This document shows, in pieces, positions 37,253-50,340 of a DNA stretch of 64,000 nt; position 1 is the stretch's first letter; every line of letters starts with the position of its first letter. The notes under the pieces were generated by a model, which made no database searches, was not told the DNA's origin, and saw only the letters and a list, made by a program, of their open reading frames with translations. The position numbers and the translations under genes are program-made. Location of the stretch: positions 171,492,001-171,556,000 of the forward strand of contig JBITNC010000001.1 of assembly GCA_050084985.1 (NCBI GenBank), given 5' to 3'. Origin of the DNA: Nageia nagi. Its lineage: Eukaryota > Plantae > Pinophyta.

Positions 37253-38590
37253 TGTAATATCCCCAAAATATTCTCATGCAGATATTAGCCAAATAAAAAT
37301 TCAAACTATCAAAATTCAACCTCAAGCATGCCACGTCTGATCTAGGGTATCAAATATACATTAATGTGAGCCAGGAATGCCAAAGACTCACTCTACAATC
37401 ACCAGTGGCACTAAAATACCAACCATCATACACAGGAGCTCATATACTATGCAAAATACATCCAGAAATGCCAACGATGCACTACTCAAGCATATACACA
37501 CAAAAATAGCTCAACATTGCAAATATGGAAGCATGAACATCACACAATGAGACAAATATTGAGATCCAATAATACCACAGCTTCAAGTAGGAAGAGAATG
37601 ATGAATACAATACCAAACTGGCCCAAAGGGCTCAACGTTGGCCTCCAAGGAGCCACCTAGGGCATACACAATGCTGAGATAGATCCTGTAATTGATGTAG
37701 AAAGATCACCTCCTACCAGATCTGTGGATGCCTCACTGAAGAGCTCCCTCATAGGCTAGCTCCCAACGAAAAGAACGGATGTGATCCCGAAATGCCATCG
37801 GATGGGTTTAAAGATGTCAACCGCTTGTGGATGCCTCAGGGTAGGGCAGCCTCACTCGCATGAACAACCACCTCAACCGTAAGACAAAAGGTGTTCTATG
37901 ACTCTTGAACTCTCCTTATGTGTTGCGCTCAAATGTGCTCGACACCGCCAAGTCTATGGAACTACGAAGAGAAGGGTTTCTTGTATAAATTCAAGTCTAT
38001 CTCTAGATTGAGGCTCCTTAGCCTTATATAGCTCATCACTGGATCCGGATTTCACCTAGGAATCATCCCAAACTCCTCCAATCTCAACGTTGGCCTCTTG
38101 GAGGTCCAAGATCTCCAATGCGAGTGCCTAGGGGTTAAGCATGCCCAACGTGGATACCTAGGGTCATTAATGCCAACGTGGGGATCCAAGGTGCCACACA
38201 CGCCAACGTGGATGTCCAAGGTGCCACACATGCCAACATGGGAGTCCAAAATGCCACGTGGGTCTAGGAGTCAAGTGTGGGTGCGAGGGGGTCATCATGG
38301 GCCAACGTGGGGGTCTATGAGTATACCCAAGGCTGACATGTGTACAAGTGCTCCCAAATCCAACGTTGGGGCAAATAAGTATTTATCCATGTACAAGTGT
38401 CCCCTAGGTGCTATACAAGCCTTGGAATTCCCAAGTGCATTTAATGATAAATAAATAACACATCCTAGCTTGGGAGGAAAATGTCCCTCATGGGGCTCAC
38501 AAAGTGGGTCCAACAGACCTTTATAAGTCTATCCCAAGTAACTAACAACAAATGCATGAGTAAATAAATATTTACAAAAAGGGATCCTTC
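37253..38590 (-). mobile_element. Truncated solo LTR of the element A family
   Basis: Reverse complement aligns along 5658-7009 (e.g. ctcaaccgtaagacaaaaggtgtt and ctctagattgaggctcctta). Starts tgtaatatcccc, the LTR 3' end, with no PBS next to it. Confidence 0.85.
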
Positions 38591-40444
38591 AACTGTTGTT
38601 TGCACCTTCCTAAAATGTTAGAAATGTATCTTTTAAAAGGGGTACGACCAAGGCTAGAGGGCTAGGGACTTAGCCAAAAACTTCCAATTTTCCAATATAC
38701 CTTGATATTTATAGACCAAACTAGCACCATGTGCCTACTATGTGGACGGCCACCTAGGGAGGATGGTGAGGGTCTTGTGTGTGTGGTCACACCATCTTCA
38801 ACAATTACAAACATATCTTTACCCAACCATGCGACCATTGTTTTGGGTGTCCATACTTAATGAATCTTGCTCAATTTTGGAAATATGATCATTTTCAATG
38901 GATATCTTGTGTCTTCTCAATTTTGGGCCAACGAATGTTTTGGTCTTCTGTAGTCCCGATTGAGTATCTAGAAAGCTTTCTTTCATCTGTTGTAAGCAAG
39001 TCTTCCATCCCAAAATGATCTTCATGATTCTTTGGACTTCTTCGGGGTGGACTTCAAAGTTGCACTTCGGGCTATCCGATCACTATTTATGCAACTGCGT
39101 TCATAGAAGCAAACTTCTCACTTCTCAAATCTCGCTCAATCTTCATTCCCAACTCTTGATAGAGGGTCCCCAAATTTCGCAAAATTATGAGGTGTTACCT
39201 AATCAACACTAGGGAGAATGAAACTAATTCTCGAGAAGAGAGCAAATGCGTGCAGATTGCAAACTCTTTTTCAATTGAATGAAGTTGCGGATTTGAAGAC
39301 CCAAGTGGAGCTTGTCATTTGGTGGAGTTGTGGATTGAATTTGTGAATTGTGTATCTTTCTTGTGGTTATCTAATGTTTATGCCTATTTTCTTTAAAAAC
39401 TTATAATTTTAAGAAGTCTCTTGAACATATTTTAGAAGCATTTGGATTGTTATTGGATTGCTACTCTTTCATAACTTTCATGTTAAATGATTGTATTTTG
39501 AATGTTACTTTCTATGGTATTTGACTATAATTTATCATTCAAATTGTTTGGCATTTGCATCTTTTCATTTTATCCATCTTTGACTGATCCCTAAAGGATC
39601 AAACTGCTACTTGCTCCTATTTTCATATATTTTGGACTTTATCATTTGTTATGAATTGGATGAATGAATGAGATTTCTTAATCAATTCGGAAAGAAAGTA
39701 ATTTAGGCAATGCATCATTGGTGACATGTTATCTACTTTGAGCATAACTTGAACTTCTTACATCATTCTCATATTTCATTTTCCTTTCTTCTTGCTTTCT
39801 TTTGTTTTTCTTTGAAACTGATACAACCTTTGAACATTGTAAAACACTTTAGAGGCCTTAAGACATGGGTTAACAGCTGCCATCTCTCCATTTGAGTTAT
39901 TACAAGAATTTATCAAGAAGCTAGCATATTCAAAGATATAAACCTTGGGGTTTCAGTCCTTTCAAGTGGGGATAGGTAACGCTATCTTATCTAAATCTTG
40001 TGATGCTTTCCCGGTTTTCCATCTTCCGATGGCTATTGTAAGAGAAAAGGAAAACATCCCAACAGTCCCCACTAAAGCTAAAAACAACTAATAAACAAAA
40101 GATACAAATGATTTTGGAGTTAATGATTCTGAAGATGATTTTGCTTCGGATGACGCTAGAACAAATGCATAAACATTTCAATATGAATCGGTTCAACCAT
40201 AGAGGTTGTCGAGGCTTGAGACCAAAACATCCACATTTTGGGCCTGTGGTGCCAAAACATTGAGCATTTTGACGTTGGCTCCTGTTTCGACCTGCATTTG
40301 AAGCCTTTTACCTCTTCAATGTTTTTGATAATCATATTGTGCTGATTGAACATGATCGATGATAATTGCTCACTTGTTTGATATTTCCTACTTTTATGAT
40401 TGTATATTTTCAAATGAGCACTTATAGTGCCTTGTGTCAATTTG

Positions 40445-40615
40445 GCAAATTTGATTTTGATTTCACCTAAGTGGACCCATTTGGACCATTGTGCATATAA
40501 GATAATGCTAACTTAAAGAATTTCCCTCAAGTAAGCCTAGAATTACCCAAAGTGGGTCCAAATTGACATTTACATAAATAAAGTAAATCACTTAGATAAC
40601 ATCATTTTTAGATAG
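40445..40615. repeat. Dispersed repeat, inverted homolog at about 57190-57350
   Basis: gataatgctaacttaaagaattt...ttacccaaagtgggtccaaattgacattt matches the reverse complement of aaaatgtcattttggacccaccttgggtaa...aattagcattatc. Probably old LTR remnants. Confidence 0.6.
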
Positions 40616-41837
40616 TTGAAATGCAATTTTAAGTGTTTATAAGATATATTACATCATCATGAGTAAATCACCTATCCAATGTGAATAGCCATGCATACAA
40701 TGAGAACAGCTCCTAAGCAATGTTTTCACATCCTTGCCATATTCACTTTAACATCGTGTATGAGGAGATGAATAATTATCTATCATACAACTACAACAAT
40801 TGCTCAAATCATGTTGTACTCCTCGTAACTCATTATATAATCAGATCTGTTACTCATGACGCTTTATTATGATATGCACAACCGTAGGAAAAATACAGCA
40901 TAAATGTGCAAAGGAAAAAATTAATGCACAAATAATGCGGATGCATGTAGATGACATGCATTAACAATGCAAATAACTACCTGCAACTAGTTTGTTGTTC
41001 TAGATTACTGATACATAGAAAAATCACCAATTTTAGGAATTTTCCTATTCTTTCCAAACTGATCTCACCATCTGAAATGAATATTTTTCATAAATTCTAC
41101 AACTGCATATTGATTGGTTTTTCAAGCACCCAAAACCATACCATAAGCTAAAGCAAGATGTGAGAAACGTGAATTTATTTAGCAAAACGTTTGCATGAAT
41201 ATTGATCAGATATAGGATCCAATGATACAGAATTTACTTCCATTTGTGCACTGTAGAGGAGATACACTTCCTTAAACTGTTTATGACACTCATAACTCAC
41301 AATGTGAAAATGACCAATGAAAAGCGGGCATTATTACAACATGCTAAACAATCTTTCAATCGGTTAAATGGTCTCTCCTTGAACATCAAATTACCATACT
41401 TATCCTCATTTGAATGCAAGCCTCTACTTGGGGTACTTTTTCACTGACTACATTCATTAATATATCTGTATTTGACATATTAATAGATCAATAACCGTAT
41501 ATTGAACCTAGCAAATATTTCAACATTTTTTGTCTTCGTAGCCTTAAGAAAATTCCATGTGATGTTAAATAATCAATAACCATTAAAATAGGACAATCTT
41601 ATTCAGCATTTCAACAAGATATATGGTCCATATATTCTCCCACAATTAAGAATAATTTATCACCAAACTTGTTATTCTTCAATGTCATAAGACAACTTAA
41701 AATGCAGTCACAATTGTTACCATTGATGTACATATAAAAGGGAAATGGATAAACAACTAAAACACACTGAAATTGTTTGGCTTCTGAAATAAAACTATTC
41801 TATACAATTAGACGCTTTATAAATTTAAGGCACTTAC

Positions 41838-41973
41838 TGTGAATTGATCAGGCCGGCGGTGTTGTGCTTCTAAAAACCGAAGTCTCAAGGATTTTATGAT
41901 CTCGTACTCCATAAAGAGTACATAACACGTCCAGATTGCAAATACATATGTCATAGTTACATGAGCCCAAAAC
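41838..41973 (-). CDS. OSCA1: OSCA1/CSC1-like channel, internal exon
   Basis: aatag|G TTT TGG GCT CAT...CAA TTC ACA|gtaagt, 136 nt. Encodes (R)FWAHVTMTYVFAIWTCYVLFMEYEIIKSLRLRFLEAQHRRPDQFT with the OSCA RRPDQFT motif. Not in the supplied ORF track. Confidence 0.96.
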
Positions 41974-43767
41974 CTATTCCACAACGTAAACTAAATTTAA
42001 TTAGAAATAAAACACTGCTTTCGTACAACAACAAAAGAGATGAAAGAGATCAACAACAAAATGTTACTCAACTCCCTTGAGATTATATTCATTGCTGGAA
42101 GGATAAAGAAGAATTAGCATCAGCAAAATTGATAATAACATAAAACAAAAAATATGAATGACATGCAGGTACAAAGATGGTATTTTTCTGTTATGTATAC
42201 AACTGCTTTTGTATTTTGAGAGAGTGAAATTCTACAAAAATTTCACATGTATCAATTGAGTAAAAGTGTTCTTAAAGATTGTTGTTTGGGATCAACATTG
42301 CTAATAGTTCAAGCTGATGGCCTAAAATATCAACATGGAGAACTCTTGGTCTAAATAGATTTTATAAATGAACTTCAACTTTGGTAAGCCTTGGAAACAA
42401 GTATAAAATGCAGTACTTTTATTCAATAATCATGGAGAGGCTTGATTCTCCTGTCCATATCATTGGACTTAATATTCTCTTTTCTATTCCAGGAATAAAA
42501 GAGATCAGCATCCCACTAATGCTTGTCAAGTACTAAAGAGCTGGTGTTGGGAGGTATTTCTTTCCCGCGGCAATTCTTTAAAATTACCTTAGGCTTTAGG
42601 ACTCCCCAACATCATACTCGGGAGAGTTTTATCAATTCTCCCATTTAAAAAGGACTATCTACCTCCAAGGTTCTTGTCGAAACTCCTACTCAATGCTCTG
42701 ATGTTTGTAGGTAACTTGCAAAGCAAAATCCAATGCTTGTACAAATGTTTGTGCGTAGGGATGTATTATGTGTGTGCGGTATCCCTCTTTGGAATCAGTC
42801 TCAATGGAAAAAATGTATGGAATAAGAGATGGTAGCTTGTTTAACCAACGTTTTTTTTTATGATGTATAGAATTTGTTCGTAATATTAGTGTGTGTACTT
42901 AAATATCGTATTTGGGTTTGGAAAGCATAAAATAAGGCATAAAGGTAATACTGAAAAAGGTGAACAACAACACTTTTGAAGGAAGAAATGAGTACTTGAT
43001 CAAGTATGAGTTTAAGGTTCACAATGGGAAGTGTCTAAGAGTTAATCTGTTTCGAAACAGTGAAGAATTCTTCATCCAATTCTTCCAACATTGCAAGTAA
43101 ACAACTTTCGTTTGAATTGCTTCAAAGAGGAGAGGGGAGGAATGTTGATTATTGGTATTCGTGAAAACGGGCCAAGCCAATCGAAGGGACACGTATGGTT
43201 CAACACATGAATGGAACTAAGTTTGGATGAAGATCCCAAATAGATGTCATGAAAGGAGAACCTGAAATAGAATACCCTATCAACTTGCGTGTCGAGAATC
43301 AAGCAACGAACATAGGTTGGTTTCAAACACTTTGTGAAATGGAACAAGGATAATTTCCCTAAAACTCATAAGTTTTCAAAGGAATGAAGCGAAAGTGCAC
43401 AAACCAACTATGAAAGCTTTTAAAAGGATTCAATTCACAACACCAATATGAAAAGTTTCAAACTCAAGTCTTTTGGTATAACCACTTTGTATTAATTTTG
43501 AAAAGGGATGTACAAAGGTTTACAAATGTGCTCTCCACTTTCAAAAAAAAATTCTTTCTTCAATAATGAAGTTCTTACAATAATGAGACCCTATGTCTCT
43601 TACTTATAGACTTTTACGAAACCCTAAAAGTGAGTTTTGAAACCCTAATCTCTAATTAGAAAATCAAGAGCTAATTGAATGCTAATTGAGATTACATTTC
43701 GACTTAGTGGAAATCCACTAAGTAAGCCAAAATTTGGCTAAAATATCAAAATTGCTAAAATAGACCC

Positions 43768-45590
43768 TGTTGGGCCGTTTCTCTTTCCTACCCTACGAAT
43801 AGGCAAATTGACTTGCAAGGCTTGCGGAAGACACCAACACCTAGGTGGAAGGCCTACCCGCTATGAGGACTACAACCTCAAAGGTCTCATGAAATGGGGG
43901 TGCGAGAATTGACTCAGGAGACTGGTTAGGATGTTTGAAGTTGACACCAACTCAAATAAAATTTGTTAATCAAGGACTTAGATTGTCTTCGTATCTAGAC
44001 AAGGGTTGTTTCGCAAATAAGGTAAATAAAATTGGGGGTGCGAAAGCCGCGAAAAAAAGTGAAAAATAAAACAAAAATAGGAGGGGAGATAGAGATGATT
44101 AGAGGCACATGAGTTCAGCTCTTTGCATCGGGCTCCACTGGCAAGTACAGTGTCTAAAGGCCAAGTTCCTCAGAGTTTCTTGTGAGTTCCACACATCCTC
44201 TCATTCTAGCCAGACTACACGAAGGTTCTTGAAGGAGGATACATCCACTTACAATAGCCAACAACACAAATGGACTACTGAATGAAGGGAGCATGCGTCT
44301 AAGGGGACAAGGATGACACTTTCCATATGTGGATGAAGTTCACACGCTAAACGTCATAAAGGAACCCACTTTCAGAGTTGTAGAAATCTAGTTGCATACT
44401 ATGAACAATCATCAATCATGCATCACATTCAACACTTCGAAAAGATATTCAACTACTCTTTCACTCACCCCTTGAGGAGTTTGTGAAATGTTCCAAGTAT
44501 CTCAAGCAACACACATCAATAACTAACATCACATGTCAAAGTTCATAATACCATAAAAATGGAATTGTGCAATTTTCATTTCAAAGATCATGCCACATTC
44601 ACAATAGACAAGTGTGAGATAGAAAGAATTACTGTACTCATCTAGTTGTAAAATGTTCAAAGTTCCATTCTCAAAAATTCCTCTCCCTCACAAATGAACC
44701 CTCTAGGGCTATTTATAGTTTGCAAGGCAACCCTAAGTGTTTCCCTAACCCTAACTAATATAAAATAATTAAAATACCAATAAGTCCAGCACTTGTGGGA
44801 GCAAATCCTCATCGATCACAAGGCTTTAACAAAATTTATAAAATTTGAGGTCCAAAATATTGATTTATGCAAAAATAAAATAAAATTAAAATATTGCATC
44901 CAAGATGCAATCGGCTTCCACTAGCTGGCATTCATGAGTCCATCAATTTCTTCATCTCCATCCATGGCACTTGTCTTTAAGTCATCTCCACCCGCTGGTT
45001 CCAGGTATGCTTGTCCCTGAGTGGTTTCCTCTTCTTGAGGATGGCATGGCTTAAGGAGTATGATCTCCTCTTCAGGGCATGTCTTCTTCTGGCTTTCCTC
45101 CAACTCCCTAGCCATCCGGGTGATGTCTCTAATACACTCTGCTCCAGTGGTCTCGACCTTGTCAATTTCAATCTTCAAAGTCTAAGTCTCCATGTCTTGG
45201 GATTTTTTTGGGTCCTTGTTCAAGAAGACTCTGATCATACACAGTGTCGTTAACCTTGAAGATGAACCGACTCACATGGTGAGTCTTCATGGACTCATCC
45301 TTCACCCTCTGGCTAGGATCCTCATGTAGTGCCCTCATCATAGCTACTAGGTCAAAGGGAAGCCTTGTCTTTGGTGGAGCTTCATCCACAATCACTGCCC
45401 CCTCCAACTTGACCTCTTCCTCTTGTGTCTTAGGATTCATCTCTACCATAGGTCGTGGGATGGTGCCTTGGGTGTCTTAGCGAACGAAGGTAAGAAGTCC
45501 CTTGGCTTGTCTCTTGGATGGGCTTCCAAGGTCTCAATTTCAGTGCTCAGGTGGGTTCACAAGGAGAGACTAGTGTTGGTCGTGCAAGAA
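43768..45590 (-). mobile_element. Nested 3' fragment of a further related LTR-like unit inside unit 3
   Basis: Begins TGTTGGGCCGTTTCTCTTTCC (family 3' terminus) exactly where unit 4 continues aaatagaccc-ctttcta into the ORF stop. Has its own TATA (ctatttatag near 44709) and a different ORF tail (44921-45449). Far boundary approximate. Confidence 0.6.
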
Positions 45591-47780
45591 TGAAGGCTGG
45601 ACACAATTGTTCCTCAATAGTGGCATGGACTGTTGTCATCACCATCATGTACTCATTTATTCTACCATCTTCTTCAAACAAAGGTATTTGAAATTCATAT
45701 TCCTTTGCTTGCTCGCTGATAGTGGCCTTGAGTTGAGCCCTTGTGTCAATGAAATCAATGGATTTGACTTTGACATAGTACAAATAATCACAAAGCTGGA
45801 ACCAATCGTGACAGAAATCTAGCACGATTGGATGGTGGGAAGCCCTTTTCCATAGGTCATGCATTATGGAGTATCCCTTCCTCCATCAATTGATTAGGTT
45901 ATCTAGTCTTTCCGCTAGAGAATGTGAACCCTCCTCAATATAAAAATTTACCATACTTGAGTGGAGTGCTTTAATAGCATCAATAAGGTCTTTGGTCCAC
46001 TCGTGTTTGATGGTGGTAAGTCCAATGTTCAAGTTAACCTGCTTCCTAATGTCTTTGACGGTTAGGTTAGCAGCCTTAACTTCACTAGCAATCATTTCCT
46101 CACTAGCCACTTTCCTTTTTAGTTCTGGATCTCTAAGTTCAATAAGGTACTAGTTTCTCTCAATGCCATGCATTTTAGATGATGTTGTGTTCCATTCCCA
46201 ATGGGCCAACTACCTATGTAGGGGCCTCTTTGTTTCTCCTGTGAGAGAGAATTTTTTGGTACCAACCTTATTCTTTCTTGATTAGAGCTTGTCCTTGTAG
46301 GTGACTTTATCTACAGTGGTGGTGAAAGTATCAATCTGTCGACATTCGTAGGGATTATTTGAACTCAATTTGCCAACACTGCAACCATGTCAAAGCATGA
46401 TTCCTTAGGTGGATCTCCATAAGGGACCATATCTCATCTTCAATAATATTGGTATCATGCTCTACTTGTCTTCGCTTCCTACACTAATCTTCATTTTCTC
46501 TATCTTCCTCTTGATTTCCATCATATCCCCCAAAGATGATGCATTGTTCTGGATCGTGACATTCCCTTTTGAGTTGTTGTCGATGTAGTCTTCTGAGGTG
46601 GTGGCATTTGTGACACCTTCTTTTGAGGAGGGGATTTGAGTGTTGATGCTCCTACAGCTTGTTGTATAATCATATCAATCATGAGATTTTGTTCGTCAAG
46701 AATCTCTATTGAATTACGAACTTCGACTCTATCAAAGGCAATGTCTCAGTTCACTTCCATGTCAGTGTTGATGATTGCATTAAGACCCATCTTTTCATTA
46801 GACTTTGTTGAGCTACTCGGTCCATATTTGTCAAGACTAGAACTAGATGATGGTGTATTGGGGTTCGGATTCAGGCGAACACCGCTCTGAGTCAAACCTT
46901 GTGGAAGATTTATCTTTCTCTATAATTGTTTGGAAGGATGGGAGATCAAGCCGATCTTTCTTAGGTCCATGATGCCATTCTTTGTACCCGTGATAGTGGT
47001 TTCAATAGTTTGTCCACGGATGCTATTGGTAGCATACTCCCCATTTTGTCCTTGAGCCAAGGTAACCGAAGGTGATATTATAGGGATAACATACCCATGG
47101 CTTAGGGTACTATGACCTGTGCAGGAGCTTTCAGCCTAGCAGCTTCTTGTCGTTTTTGCTCATTTTTTAAATCTTTGTGAATTTGCTAAACCTGCAAGGT
47201 ATCTTGAATGTTCTTGTGCCTCTCTATACTGCCGAGGGACATATGTGGATATGATGAGCCCCATGTTTTCATGAAAAAGGCATTAATCACTCCGTCTAGA
47301 TCGTAATGTTCCGTAACTACCTCAGTCTTGAATTGATAAAGTGCTAACTCCTTCTCAATCAAGTTGATTTGATGCCAGGCAGTGCACTCATACTTTCCAA
47401 TGATAATAGGTAATTGGTAAGTTGGTTAATATTTCTTTACCCATACCTTATCATGTACGCTAAGCAAGTGTCTGTAAAATTCCATAAGGATGAGTCAATC
47501 ACTTGCATAATGGTGAGGCAAATGGCACCATGGATGTCGTTACTAGCAAGGATGTTCTCAATGTGTCTTTTGCTAGCGTAGCAAGATCCATAAACTGTAT
47601 CTTTGTCAATGTTTTTATTGGATCCAAAGAGTTACAATTGGTATCTCCAATCTCACTCAATCAGTCAGTGAACTTCACCATGGGCATCACAGGCTCTGTA
47701 GTATGTTCAAACGTGATGGGGTCTCCATTGTGAGCCTTCTTTGCTTTCGATCTTTGATATTCTATGCAACTAATGTCATT
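45590..47780 (-). pseudogene. Decayed, internally deleted accessory ORF of unit 3
   Basis: YASD*LILMEFYRHLLSVHDKV...LPIIIGKYECTAWHQINLIEKELALYQFK...HYDLDGVINAFF and AANLTVKDIRKQVNLNIG align to unit 2 (YASDRFILMEFCRHL...; ATNLTVKDIRK*MSLNTG). Confidence 0.8.
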
Positions 47781-49089
47781 TTGTCCTTGTTATGTGAACA
47801 ACAGTGTTAGGACAGTCCTAGCAAGTATCTAGCACTTTTTGGGTAAAAAGAGGAATTTTGGAATTTTTGGATTTTATCCCAAGTATACATCATCGAAAGT
47901 GAGCCAAAATTGGAAAGTTTCAAGGTGTTTTGAGTGAATCTGGAATGATACCAAGGTAACTAACTCTAAGGGGGAGGTGCCTTTAAAAGAATTTGGGATT
48001 TTTGGAAGCTTTTTGGAGATTTTAGCTCAAAAATAGAGCTTGCTGGAAAAAAGACAGACCTGTCATAATTTTGCAAAGGAAATAGAGGGTAAATTTGGAA
48101 ATATTGCCAAATGATATCAGTATTCGTTTCTAACAACTTGGATAGATGGGGAATGAGTAGGGAAGGTGTTTTAGCTTTTGAAACGGCCAATCCCGACTTA
48201 AAAAACACCTTTTAGAGAACTTTGAAAATTTTCATAGATTTTTTGAAAAAATCTCGAAAATTTTTGGATTTTAGGCACTCAGATCTTGGACCTTGGAATT
48301 TTTTTGTGTTTTTTTGGCTGAAATTAAAAATGATCCCAAGGGTAATGGGTATCCAAATATGTGATCCAAGTTGAATTCTGAAAAAAAAAAAAATTCAAGG
48401 GTTTGGGATCTTGGAAAATTGGTTTTGGAGCATAAATCCTCAAAAATCTTGAAAAAATGAATATACGTGATAGAATACCTTAGGATCCTGGAGTTTGGTG
48501 ATGACAAGGTGTTTCGCTATGGTTTCAAGACTCCAAATCTTGGTCCAAGGCTGAAAGTTGGGTTTTCTTCCTTGTTTAGCTCTCCAATTCTTCAAAAAAA
48601 AAGGCTCCAGGTGGGTGCAAATGAGAATTATGAGGAATACGCAGGAGTGGGGGTGTATTTATAGATTCTAGGGCCAAAATAAGCCACATGTCAACACCAT
48701 ACTAACCCCAGAATGTATTTTTTTGCACTTTTGAAGTATCCTCCTCAAACCCAATGTTGGAAAAAAGGCCAAAATATTCAAAACTTGGCAATGTGTGCCT
48801 AGGAATGGGAGGAGGAGGATTGGTCCATCTTGCATGCTCCAAGAGGCAAAGTTTGAGGTTTTTTGCATGCTCTTCCATTTCCATGTTTCACATTTGGATT
48901 TGAAAATTTGAACTTTTTGAAGAAAATAGACAAATACTTGGATCTTTTTCATTTTTTCATCATTTTGGAGGACAAATCCATTGTTCGGAGGAGTAATTCT
49001 TGTCCAAATTGCACACTTGGAAGACCAAAATGGTGTAGAATCACACCACCTAGCTCATGAAGACCATAAATTGCAATTTTGACAAGTTT

Positions 49090-50340
49090 TAGAGGGCCCT
49101 TATGCTAGGCACAAGTTTTGAGGAGCATAGGGAGCTTTGGAAAATTTTGAAAAGATCCAAAACTTAGTAAATCCCTCCCTAGGATTTTGGAGGGAAAATT
49201 TTGAGTTTTTTCAATGATTCCAAGAGCAAAGATGTTCAATTTGATATTTTCCACCTTACCTATCTCTCCAAATTTGATTTTGCAACTTTTGAAAATTTGA
49301 GAAAATTTTTAAGCTCTCATTGGCTGCCCACTTTTTCATGATTTTGGAGAAGTAGATCTTAATTTTTGGAAAACTTACATCATCAATCTTGTGTGGAATC
49401 AAATTCTATGCTCCATGGTGGTCAAAAATCTCAATTTCCATCAATTTTGGGGCCTTGGAATGCTAGGCACTGGTTTTGGGATGAATAGGAAAGTTTTTGA
49501 AAATTTTGAAAAGATGCAAAATTTGGTAAATCCCCACCTAGAATTTTGGAGGGCAAATTTTGAGTTTTTTAAATGATTCCAAGAGCAAAGATGTTCAATT
49601 TGATATTTTCCATCCTACCTATCTCTCCAATTTTGATTTTGCAAATTTTGAAAATTTGCGAAAATTTTCAAGCTCTCTCATTGGCTGCCCACTTTTTCAT
49701 GATTTTGGAGGAGTAGATCTAATTTTTTTAGAAAACTTCTATCCTCAATCTTGTGTGGAATCACATCCTATACCCCATGGAGGTCAAAAATTTCGATTTT
49801 AGCCAATTTTGGGGCCTTGAAATTCTGGGCGATGGTTTTGGGATGCATAGTGAAGTTTTTGAAAAGATTCAAAACTTGGTAAATCCCCCCCTAGGATTTT
49901 GGAGGCCAAATTTTGAGTTTTTTCAATGATTCCAAGAGCAAAGATGTTCAATTTGATATTTGGCATCGCACCTTTCTCTTAGATTTTGATTTTGCAATTT
50001 TGAAAATATGGTATAATTTTCAAGCATTCCTATTGGCTTCCCTCAACTCTTCTTTTCTCATTTTTCTGTTTTTTTCTTTTTTAAAGGAGCAAATATTTTC
50101 AAATTTTTAAATTTAGAAAACCAAATTCATGTAGAATTTCATCCTCTATACTCCCAAGCTCAAAAAAATCGATTTTGGATCAATTTAGGCCTACCAAAAT
50201 GTAAGCGCAGGTTTTCCCTCTTTTGGAATGTTTGAAAAAAGTTTGAAAATGTGGCAAACCTACACCTAGGCATAGGAGGGTCATTTTTGCTCATTTTTGG
50301 AATTTTCCAAGAGCAAAAGTGCCTAATTTGTCATTTGGCA
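49090..50340. repeat. ~360-375-bp tandem repeat (about 3.5 units) with TAGGCGCAGGTTTT-like motif
   Basis: Motif near 49104, 49463, 49826 and 50202. Long near-identical blocks such as aatgattccaagagcaaagatgttcaatttgatattt occur near 49213, 49572 and 49925. Confidence 0.88.
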
